DNA of 64,000 bases from Azolla caroliniana (Eukaryota > Plantae > Polypodiophyta): assembly GCA_043228905.1 (NCBI GenBank), contig JBHGNT010000007.1, forward strand, positions 17,856,001-17,920,000. Direction: 5' to 3'. This document shows, one piece after another, positions 13,289 through 23,566 of the stretch (its first letter is position 1; each line of letters opens with the position of its first letter). The notes under the pieces are model-generated. The model saw only the letters and a list, made by a program, of their open reading frames with translations. It did no database searches and was not told where the DNA came from. The translations under genes and the position numbers were made by a program.

Positions 13289-13290
13289 GG

Positions 13291-13784
13291 TGTTGTCCAG
13301 AGGACAGAAATGTAAAATTAGGAAATTAGCAAACGGCGGTAGTGTAACCGAGTAGGAAAGAACGCCAGCGAGTGCCGAGTCCGAGTATCACGGGCCACTG
13401 ACGGCTCGGCTGTGTATTAGGGGAAACGTTATTTAAACGAGGTCCAGTACCTCAGAGCGGGAGCAGAAAATATAGGCAGAAGCACTAGCTTAGTCCATCG
13501 TAACTAGATAATCCTGTAAGGTCACCGGCCGTAGGCCGTGTTCTGTAATCCTTTTGGTGTTGCAGTAATATATCTGATTTGTGGCCATTTTGCTCCATGT
13601 GTCTGTGCTTTGGCTCATACTTATGATTTCAGCGCCACCCACGCCTATCAAGATCTCGCTAGTGTTTTATCTCTGATCATTTTCTCCCTCACGACGCCTC
13701 TATTACGAGCCTTCACGTACCACGCCCTTGGATACCGATAGCCGCAGGTCTATCGAAGGTGTTCACCCAAAGGAACGGGTAACA
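13291..13784 (+). repeat. 3' LTR of the Athila-like element (start ambiguous: 13291, 13311 or 13343)
   Basis: 13457-13784 matches the 5' LTR and ends ...GGGTAACA. Three candidate TG starts cannot be resolved because the 5' LTR is truncated. Confidence 0.8.
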
Positions 13785-13799
13785 ACAGTATACCCGCAA

Positions 13800-15054
13800 T
13801 GTTGAGAATCAAGCTCAACATAGTGCAACGTGTGAACACACCTTTTGAGAATCTATGATTACTCAAAGGTCCAGAGTCACACCACCACTCTCTACAAATT
13901 AACTTTTTGTCATAGAATCATAGTCTATGAAACATAGCTAATGAGTTACATATTCCCCATGACTATGAGTCTTCACATTCCCCAAGAGAGAGTGGTTGTT
14001 GTAGTTAGTTAATGAAGAGAGAGGGTGACTATATATAAAGCACCCTTCTCGTACTTCATACTAAGTCGGTTGTGACTCCTTGTTATGTTACATTTTGTAA
14101 ATCTTATTCTACTTGTGAAATATACACCTTCTCCTTGAGTATTCTATTTCTACTCTATCTATCCATCTTGTGTCTTCTCTTCTCTTCTCTATTTCCTCTC
14201 ACACATACACACGACACATATCTCTTCCGCTACACAAGAATCATACCTGATTCTTGTCATGGTATCAGAGCGGTTTGGTAGCTCGATTTAGCCCATCCGC
14301 ATGTCTTGTGTTCTACGCCGACGTTCGAGAAGAACCGGCCCATCGCTATCGTAGTGCGACTACATAGCTCGTATTTGAGAGAGAAGGAAAAGAAAAGAAG
14401 GAAGAAATCTTCACGGACAATGAATACTCAAATGGGGAGCGCTCTCCCTAGCGAGAGCTAGATCGAAACAACTTTGCATCTTGGGAGTACATGATGCACC
14501 AATACCTTGTTGGCCAAGGCTATTGGGGTTACATCAAAGGAGCACAAGAAAACCGACCTGACCCGAAAGACGTCGACTATGCAATGTGGGAGCAAGTGAC
14601 AAGCCGAGTGATGTATTGCTTGGCAACATGTGTTCACGACCACATGCTCGGTTACATTCGAAAAGCCAAGATGTCAAAGGAAACGTGGGAGAATCTACGA
14701 AAGGTTTTCACCGCCAACACAACCACAAGAAAGCTTCAACTTTGCCAAGAGTTGAACAACATCCAACAAAAAGATATGTCCATCACAAGCTACACCTTGA
14801 AGATCAAGCAGCTTTGCGACTCGCTTGGCTTGATAAGTGTCAATGTGGACGATGATGAGATGGTGCAAATATGCCTCGGCGGCCTTGCAACACGGTTCGG
14901 CACGATGAGGACCATCGTACTAGCACGGGAGAATCCTCCCTCTTTCTTCGATCTTCAATCCATGTTGTTGGTTGAAGAGAATCATGTTCGAACAAGGAGC
15001 AACGCCTCAGAAGGCCACATGCTCTACATGCATTCGGATGGAGGAAGAGGACGT
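13800..15054 (+). mobile_element. Ty1/Copia element C, 5' part (LTR 13800-14259, PBS-Met, gag)
   Basis: TGTTGAGAATCAAGCTCAACA...TTGTCA LTR; PBS TGGTATCAGAGC at 14260-14271; Copia gag in ORF 14491-15141 up to ...DGGRGR. The LTR start resembles that of Copia A. Confidence 0.9.
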
Positions 15055-17516
15055 TATCGTGAGGAAAACCGGCTACGAGGTGAAATGGGGACGTGGGCGT
15101 GTGCACAGCCGTGTGCACGGATACACACACATTGTATTTAAACTTGCACATAATCTAAGATTAGGCTAGGTCGGCGTGATGGGAGAACTTTAATATGGGC
15201 GAATTAAATACGTAGTTTAGTCAATCGAATCACCGTTCGAAGCGGCAAAGAATAAAGCATGATGTAGCTACGTGATGTGACAACCTCTCCCTCCTTGATC
15301 TCTAAAAGGGGGAAGAGTAGGTTTGAAAGAGGGGCGTTTTTGGGAAGGGAGAACGAAGTGTTGTCGGACCGGGAGATCGAGCACCATTCTCTATACTCTC
15401 TATATTCTTTGTCTGTTCTTGCCTAGGTTGGATGCCTCTTCTCGTGCCGGAAGCCTGTGTGCTCCTGGCAGAGGCTCCCCCTCCCATTGCATTTCGGCGT
15501 TCGTTGTGTGCGTGGGTGTTCGTTGATTTCGCGATTCAGCTCGGTTCATCCGGTTGTAATTCCCTCGTCACCTAATCAATTGTTGGCTTCTGTTTGTTGA
15601 TCATCTGGTGTGTTGTCTCAATCATGGTTGAGCGGTTGTACCCCGTGCACCTTGACACTGCACGCCTTACGCACCCCTCCGTCTCTCCTAACTCTCCTCT
15701 TCTTCTTAAGCTCTTCGGTCCGAGGCCCCCTCTGGTCCAGCCTAGCTTCACACACGTATGTGGAATATTGCAACATCTTTGGTGAACCCGACGTGAAGAG
15801 GTGACAGAGGAGTCTAAAGGATGAGGGGAAGCAAGCTTGTTGAAGCCATGGTAGTAGACGTTGATCGGCTAGTGAGCGCTTGTGAAGGCACGGGTGCCCT
15901 GTTTGGAGGAAAGAATGCGATGAGCTATATGGAGGCCTACCGGGCTGAAATGATAATGAGGGACATCCCGGAGTACAGACGGCTATCCGGATTCCCTCGA
16001 GTGGTGACACCGAGCATCCATGCGGAGGTGCTCGACGTGCAGGCCAGTTGCCGGACTTGGGAGGAGTTTGAGGGACGGCTCCTAGAGAGGTACGGGTTCG
16101 ACGACTTGCTCCGCCTATCGAAGCGGGAGTTCATGGAATGGGTCAAAAGCCCCGGAAAGGGGAGGAACACGTCGGTGCTCCTCTAGGAGTTCGAGAAACG
16201 GTTTGCTCGACTCTTGGCGTTGGATAGGACAGTGCTCAACACGAGTCGTGTCTTGCTATTTATTAAGTCCATGGACGTGCAAGATCGGGAGAAGGTGGGT
16301 CTCCTACTAGAGACGGACGATGGGTTCACGGCTGATTGGGCCATGGTAAAGACGGTCTGCGGCCGTTTCGACAAACGGCGTGAGTGGAGCGACGAAGGTT
16401 CGTTGGTAGCAGGACCGACGGCGGGGAGGAAGCTTGAGGAGCCGATACCGACGCGAAAGGAAGAGACTCGAAGTTGGCTTGAGTCGGGCACGACCCCAAT
16501 CAACATGGTCAAAGGCCCATCTGGGGGAGCAACTCTAGAAGAGCTAACGCAAATGGTGCGCGATCTCCAGATCGCACACGCCTGGAGGGATAGCGGAGGA
16601 CAACCGCGGGACCCGAAGCCTCCGGCCAACCAACGATGATGTGGTGCAACGCAGTTGGTCACGTCCGGAAAGAGTGTGTGGATTTTGCAGAGGCGCTTAG
16701 GAGAACTGTAGTGTACCTCTAGAATGGGTGGGTGCACGCGAGTGAAACCTGAAAAGCCGTGGAGTTGAATACCGGGCGCGGTGGAATGAAGCGGTTAATG
16801 GAAGAAGCCACGTCGCGACATGCTGAAGTCATCCACTATTCGGTGTCAACTGGGATCTGGGTCGGAACAATGGCAGCCAGAAGACGAAGGACTCTGGATT
16901 CTGGCCCTTGGTGCTAGAAGGCCTCTCCGGAGTGTGACTAAGGAAGGAGGAAGCGGACCGCGCGGAGAAGCGGGTCCGGGAAGTTACAAGGTGGACCGAT
17001 CTGGTCGATGAGAAGATCGGTTTCGTGGAAGCGGCGTGCCAGAACTATGATGTTCTGGTAGAAGACAAGCGAGCGGGAAAGGGTGGAGGAGCTGGACCCT
17101 CCAACCGATATAAAACGCGAAGCGTACCAAAGAAGAATGACGCTGATAATTCCGGCGTATAGGACAGAACGAAGTAGGCCGGTTACCGGCTGGGCACAGA
17201 AATAGAGAGCACTATAGACTTGCAGAAAGTCCTTGAAGAGCGGGTCCTCGACAGTAGGGTGGAGCTTACGCTAAGGGAGGTGCTAGGAATCGCCAAGAAG
17301 GAGTTCCATGACTCCATCGTAGACTTAATGAAGTGTAAGAGGCTTGCGACATAGCCGGAACTGGAAAGGCCCATAGAAGTGCGAATGGCATACTTGGAAG
17401 ACGCGGCCGTAGAGGACGAATTGGCAGAAAGCCACTACTCGAAGCCACACTGGCCAAGGGCAACGACGGAAACTCTCGTTCGGATCGGGAGCGTCCAAGA
17501 ACCGGTGGTGGCGTTA
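15055..17516 (+). mobile_element. tRNA-Trp-primed Gypsy element, 5' part (LTR 15055-15775, PBS, gag, truncated at the protease)
   Basis: LTR starts TATCGTGAGG (TG>TA; related to the LTR terminus at 40916) and ends CAACA. PBS TGGTGAACCCGACGTGAA at 15780-15797. Gag fragments 15821-17500 are homologous to 39178-41744. The sequence breaks at ...EPVVAL just before the protease active site. Confidence 0.85.
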
Positions 17517-18208
17517 ACCTAATGTCCATGGACTTCTACAAAAAGAGGAGATGGCCGGTAAAAAGTGTAGAAAAAACATAAGAATGTTTTGGTAACATAC
17601 GCATTGATTTGCATTCGTATGAAAAAGAATGTTGGCCAATGCATTCGAGTATATTATGTACTATGAACCAAATAGACATATTTAAGGGAAAGAAATGGAT
17701 TAAGAGTAATTTTCCATCCAACCACCTCGAGTGAAGGAATAGAGGCAGGTCTTAAATGTCATCAGTGTTCCACACCATCGACAATTGACTAAGATCGTAA
17801 ATCAAGTGTAATCATGAATGCACTATTGTAGAAGTGCCGCGCCACACCACTCATGTCTCACAATGTTCTGATGGTGAAAGTTAAAACTTTGTCTCTCTCC
17901 TCTAACAAGTTTAGTTACACTTCATTTTATTAATTGCAAAACACCCTTCAAGTCTTTGGGCCAATCACAAGTTGCCATGCATCAAAACCTAAAGTGAGTT
18001 GTGAAAATCTGTAAAGTGCATATAAAGCCATTAGAAATGAACCTTTAATATATATATATGTATGTATGTAAGTTCTGCACATGACAATACTGGAGTTTGC
18101 GCTCGATTGGGCAACTCTAGTCGATCAATGTCCTGATTCGGGACCTTCTTCATGGAGGTACCAGAAACGCAAAACAACCCCCTTGAGTATGTATGGGTGT
18201 GGTCTTTT

Positions 18209-18775
18209 GGTTTATTTACTAGGATACCCCTAAGGTTTCAGATATTGAAATAATACCCCTCCTTCCTTCCTACTTCTTGTTCTTGTTCTTCTTTTGGGTT
18301 ATTTACCAGGATACCCCTCCTTCCCTCCCTCTCTCCCTGCCTCCTTCCTTCTTCTTCTTTTGGGTTATTTACCAAGATACCCCTCCTTCCCTCCCTCTCT
18401 CCCTGCCTCCTTCCTTCTTCTTCTTTTGGGTTATTTACCAAGATACCCCTCCTTCCCTTCTTCTTCTTCTTCTTCTTCTTCTTCTTCTTCTTCTTCTCCA
18501 TTTGGGTTATTTACCAGGATACCCCTGATTTTTTAGATATTGAAATAATACCCCTCCTTGTGTCCTACTTCTTGTTCTTGTTTGTCTTTTGGGATATTTA
18601 CTGGGATACCCCTCCTTTCTTCCTTCTTCTTCTGGGTTATCTACCAGGATACCCCTCCTTCCTTCTTCTTCTCATTCTTCTTCTTCTTCATCTGGGTTAT
18701 TCACCAGGATACCCCTAAGTTTTCGGATATTGAAATAATACCCCTCCTTCCTTCCTTCTTCTTCTTCTTCTTCTG
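18209..18775 (+). repeat. Complex tandem array of GGGTTATTTACCAGGATACCCCT units with CT/CTT spacers upstream of the PPR gene
   Basis: About 8 copies of the motif plus 3 copies of GATATTGAAATAATACCCCT, separated by pyrimidine microsatellites. Confidence 0.85.
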
Positions 18776-18878
18776 TTGCTCTGTTTGCTCAATGGCTCTG
18801 TTCCTAACAGACAAGCTCTGTCCCTAAGAGAGAAACTCTGAGAGAGAGAGAGAGACAGAGAGAGAAGACAGGAACACC

Positions 18879-20831
18879 ATGCAAAGGCCAATTACAGATG
18901 ACATTGCCAGGATCCTGAGGCAGCACGCTAAGGTAAGAGACCTTCGGAACACACACACCCTGCATTCTTTGATCATTGAAAGTGGAGCAGAGTCTTCCCT
19001 CTCCCTCAGAGGCTCCCTTATACATGCTTACATGAAATGTGGATGTATAGAGAGCTCCTGTAGTGTGTTCGGCTATGGTGGAGAAGAAGATCGAGATGTG
19101 TTTCTTTGGACATGTTTGATTACTGGGTATGCACAGCATGGATTTGGCCTCCAAGCTATTTCCCTGTGCAAACAAATGCAAGTGGAAGGTATTCTTCTAA
19201 ACAATTTCACATTCTCAGCTGTGCTTAAGGCTTGTTCTATCTTACCAAGTCTTAATACAGGTAAACAAATGCATTCTACCATTATTGAATCAGGCTACAG
19301 ATCAGATGTTACCATCGGAAATGTGCTTATCGATATGTATACAAAATCGGGGTCAATGGAATATGCGCTTGTAGTGTTTAAGGAAATGCATGGTAAGGAT
19401 GTTGTTTCATGGAGTGTGATGATCTCTGGATGTATTCTCAACCAATGTTGGGAAAAAGCAATCGTGTTGTTTGATGATATGCATCAAGAAGAGATTGATC
19501 CAAATAACTATACGTATGTGAGTATTCTTAAAGCATATGGAAGTTTGAATGTTTTGGAAGGAATCCGGAAAGTTCATAGTGAGGTTTTGGAAAAGGTTTG
19601 GGATTCAGATGTGTTTGTAAGAAGTGCACTTGTGGACGCATACATAAAATGTGGCAACTTAAGGGACGGGCAAGAAGTTTTCAATGGAATGTCAGAGCAA
19701 GATCTTGTGTCTTCGAATGCGATGATTGATGGGTATGCTCAAAATGCACTTTGTAGTGAAGCATCAACCCTCTTTATGGTCATGCAACATAGAGGATTGT
19801 TCCCAGATAAGGTAACATTTGCGAGTATGCTCAAAGCATGTGCATCAATATCTTCTTTTCATAGAGGCAAGCAAATTCATGCCCAAATCTTAGAATCTCA
19901 TGTAAAGTGTGACCTTTTTATGGGAAGCACTCTTATTGACATGTATGTGAAGTGCAAGAGAATTGATGATGCCCAGAAAGTGTTCGATGCAATGCTTGTT
20001 CGAGATGTAGTCATGTGGAATTGCTTACTTACTGGATATGCCCAAGAAGTTTATGGTAGGGAGGCCATCTCTCAGTTCATACAAATGCTTCATGAAGGCA
20101 TTGGTGCCGATGTTGTCACATATGTGATCATTCTTAAAGCATGTATGGAAATCACATCACTCGAGTGGGGAAAGCAAGTTCATGCTCAACTGGTGAAGAG
20201 AAAAAATTTGGAATCCAATTTGATCATAAGAAGCAGCCTTGTGGATATGTATGCTAAATGTGGAAATATAATGAATGCTCGTGAAGTGTTCGATAGGACG
20301 GCAGAGCGAGATGTAGTCTCTTGGAATTCCATGATTAGTGCATATGCACAACGAGGTCTCAACAAAGAAGTTTATAGATTATTTGAGTTGATGCAGAAGG
20401 ACGGTTTGAATCCAACCGAGGTGACACTTGGTTGTGTTCTTTCTGCATGTAGACATGGTGGCCTTGTTGATGATGGATGCAAGTATTTGGAGACATTAAG
20501 CTTAACCTATGCCATTGAACCTACAGCAGAGCACTTTAGCTGCATTATCGACCTCTTTGCCCGTGTAGGCCGGTTGGACGAGGCAACAGATTTTTTATCT
20601 AAATTGCCATTCAAACCTAGAATCGAACCTTGGATAGCTTTGCTTGGGGCTTGCAAAACACATGGTAATGTCGGTGTAGGGGAACATGCATTTGAACGCA
20701 TTGAACACCTTGTGCCTGGACATATGGGAGCTACCTTGCTTCTTTCAAATTTGTATGCCGATGCTAAAAGATGGGATGCAGTAACCTCAATGAGATACAA
20801 GCTGCAGGATGGAATGGTGACTGTGGGGTGA
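18879..20831 (+). CDS. PLS-class pentatricopeptide repeat protein with E domain and no DYW (probable organellar RNA-editing specificity factor), 650 aa
   Basis: Uninterrupted ORF with repeated P-L-S motifs (DVVSWNSMISAY, LVDMYAKCG, TFASMLKAC), terminal VLSACRHGGLVDDG / HFSCIIDLFARVGRLDEA, and E domain WIALLGACKTHGN...LLSNLYA. Confidence 0.95.
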   Translation: MQRPITDDIARILRQHAKVRDLRNTHTLHSLIIESGAESSLSLRGSLIHAYMKCGCIESSCSVFGYGGEEDRDVFLWTCLITGYAQHGFGLQAISLCKQMQVEGILLNNFTFSAVLKACSILPSLNTGKQMHSTIIESGYRSDVTIGNVLIDMYTKSGSMEYALVVFKEMHGKDVVSWSVMISGCILNQCWEKAIVLFDDMHQEEIDPNNYTYVSILKAYGSLNVLEGIRKVHSEVLEKVWDSDVFVRSALVDAYIKCGNLRDGQEVFNGMSEQDLVSSNAMIDGYAQNALCSEASTLFMVMQHRGLFPDKVTFASMLKACASISSFHRGKQIHAQILESHVKCDLFMGSTLIDMYVKCKRIDDAQKVFDAMLVRDVVMWNCLLTGYAQEVYGREAISQFIQMLHEGIGADVVTYVIILKACMEITSLEWGKQVHAQLVKRKNLESNLIIRSSLVDMYAKCGNIMNAREVFDRTAERDVVSWNSMISAYAQRGLNKEVYRLFELMQKDGLNPTEVTLGCVLSACRHGGLVDDGCKYLETLSLTYAIEPTAEHFSCIIDLFARVGRLDEATDFLSKLPFKPRIEPWIALLGACKTHGNVGVGEHAFERIEHLVPGHMGATLLLSNLYADAKRWDAVTSMRYKLQDGMVTVG

Positions 20832-21800
20832 TGCACGTTCAATTGTTTTGAACAACTCTACATTCTAATATGACAATGACCATCACCATGGCCATCATCT
20901 TGCTCAATTATGATATTTATTTGAATCAGTCATGGTGTTTTCTTGCTCTATTATGGTGCCTTCTCTATCACCATCACCATAATCTTGATCAATCATGGCG
21001 CTTTTTTTCTCGAATACTATGGTGTTCACTACAATACCTCCTGATGCATCTGCATCTGCACCCTCATAATAATCCTGCTCAATTGTGGTACTTGTCAATC
21101 ATTGTATGTTCTTGCATAAGTATGGTGCCTTTTGATCAATCATGGTATTTCTCTGCACACAATCATCTTCAGCATCAGCTACCATGCTACTTTCAAATTT
21201 ATATGCTGGTGCTAAGAGATGGTATGCAGTAACCTCAATGAGATACAAGCTGCAGGACGGAATGGTGAGTGTGGGGTGATGAAAAAATGGGTTCTACCGT
21301 GCTTCTTTCAAATTTGTATGTGGATGCTAAGAGATGGGATGCGGTAACCTCAATAAGATGGATACAAGCTGCAGGATGGAATGGTGACTATGGGGTGATG
21401 CATGTTTAAGAGTTTTGAACAAAGCTACTTTCAAATATGACAATGACCATCACCATGGCCATAATCTCGCTCAGTTATGATATTTATTTGAATTGGTCAT
21501 GGTGTTTTCTTGCTCTATATGGTGTCTTCTCTATCTCCATCACCATAATCTTGATCAATCATGGTGTTTTTTTTCTCGATTACGGTGTTCACAACATTAC
21601 CTCCGGATGCATCTGCATCTGCACCATCATCATAATCCTGCTCAATGATGGTACCTAGCTCAATCATGGTATGTTCTTGCTCAAGTATGGTGCCTTTTGC
21701 TCAATCATGGTATGTTCTTGCTCAAGTATGGTGCCTTTTGCTCAATCATGGTATTTCTCTGCACACAATCATCTTTATCATTGGCACCACCAGAGTATTG
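20731..21800 (+). repeat. Tandem duplications of the PPR 3' end and 3' UTR
   Basis: The last ~100 bp of the CDS recur at ~21179-21281 and ~21294-21400. The following UTR (ATGACAATGACCATCACCATGG...) recurs from ~21437. Confidence 0.88.
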
Positions 21801-22969
21801 CTTAATGATGGTACATTTTTGCTCATGATATGGTCTTGCTTAAATATGGGGATTTCTTGCTCAGACATGGTTATTGCTCTGCACATAGTCATCTTCATCA
21901 TCAGTACAGCCAGAGTATTTGCTCAATGATGATACATGCATGTTCGCTCAATCATTATGTTCTTGCTTGATAATGGTAGTTTTTGGGGCACATTCATCCT
22001 CATCATCACCACCAGTTTTGCTCAATTATGGTGAATTTTCTGCTGTTTCTTGATATTTCGTTGGTATGTGCTCATCATGTCAATGTAATCATCATTCAAA
22101 TTTAAAGATAATTTTGAATGGCATCAAGCAAATGCAAAAGCAGGAAGAGGTTTGATTGAGATGATTGATCAATTCCAGCTTTCTCTACTAATGCCTGTAT
22201 CATGGCTTTATCTCAATCAATTCCCATTTGTATTCTCTCCCCATCAATCTCTTCTTTACACTTCATCAATCTCAAGAGGGTCTGGGAGATTGTCAACAGT
22301 GTGCGCTTTTCTTTATTTACTCTTCATCAATCTGGAGTGGTGTCAAACTAAAGGTTCCTTCGGGAGATCCCTCATGCATGACATAGTGCCAAGTGATCGC
22401 ATTGGCCATAATGTAGTAAGGTTCGGCTGCAGTGTTGATGAATGTGACATTGAGTTGATGAATGTGACATGTGGCTAGTTGTATATGATGTGATTTAAAA
22501 AGAAAATATGCAAAACTGGAGATGGGTATATACTATATATATACCCACATCTCAAATCATTACATTGTGCATAAATGCATATATAACGTAATGATTTGAT
22601 TGTAATTTGTTGCATAACACATTCCAATAAATTTGTTACTTGTTAAGCAAATGGAACGATTTTTTGACAAGTTTGAGTTGTTCAGCTAACAATCTAGTGT
22701 CGGAAACATACATATATAATATAGATATAGTTAATATGCACACAAGTAAGACTTGAGTTTGTATAGGGTGAGGGTATTAAATATGAATATGCATAAACAG
22801 AGAGCAGGTTTGAATATACATAGATGATTGTCTGCTACAAGGCTGTTACAAGTAAGGCTTTAGTTTGGAAAGGTTGATGGTATCATGATATAAATTATGC
22901 ATCAGCAGAATGCAGTTTTGGAATCTGGATATAGATGATTGTGTACTCTAATTCAATTATTTTAAATTC

Positions 22970-23232
22970 GTAACCAAATTTACGGGTTGCCACATAGTAA
23001 TGGATTTAAAATTCTTTCATATTACAAGATTTTTATTTAACAGATTTCAAATTGCATTTGTGATTTCAAGTATTCAGAATCACATTCTTTTACTAACAAG
23101 GTAACCAAATTTATGGGTTGCCACATTGTAATGGATTTAAAATTCTTTCATACTACAAGTTTTTTATTTCACAGATTTCAAATTGCATTTGTGATTTCAA
23201 GTATTCAGAATCACATTCTTTTACTAACAAGT
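22970..23232. repeat. Direct tandem duplication, ~131-bp unit x2
   Basis: GTAACCAAATTTA(C/T)GGGTTGCCACAT...TTACTAACAAG at ~22970 and ~23101. Confidence 0.85.
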
Positions 23233-23566
23233 TACCAAGCCGCTTGAATTCTGTGAACAATGCTGAAGTTAAAAAGTTGATATAACTGGTGGACATGTTA
23301 AATCAAGAACTTGGAGCAAGGGTTTTGCATCTGTGTGTGTGTGAGAGAGAGAGAGTTTCAGAAACTTGTTGAATGTAGTAAATAAAAGCGATGCACATTA
23401 GATCAGCTGAAGTGAATAAAAATATGTTCCTGCAAAATCTACAACTTCCATTTACGGTGAATTCAGTGTTTCAATTCATTCTCAAGATTGATAATATGGC
23501 AAAAAAATGAACAAGAAATTGTCCAATGCTCAATCATGGCTACAAAAACAAGAGTTGAGCTCCTGA

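Larger units (their letters stand above)
3796..13784 (+). mobile_element. Near full-length Ty3/Gypsy non-chromovirus (Athila-like, OTA group) LTR retrotransposon with an extra 3' ORF
   Basis: Direct repeats 3796-4123 and 13457-13784 (328 bp, about 6 mismatches by eye), both ending GGGTAACA. PBS at 4129-4141. Domain order gag-PR-RT-RH-INT with no chromodomain or additional RNase H seen. Inserted into the LTR of Copia B. Confidence 0.93.

Noticed and set aside
18238-18827. Low-complexity ORFs (MEKKKK..., FFFFWVIYQD...)
   Set aside because: They are translations of the CTT/CT-rich tandem array.
20870-21929. His/Ile-rich ORFs downstream of the PPR gene
   Set aside because: They arise from duplicated UTR and GCTCAATCATGG repeats, and the frames are not conserved between copies.
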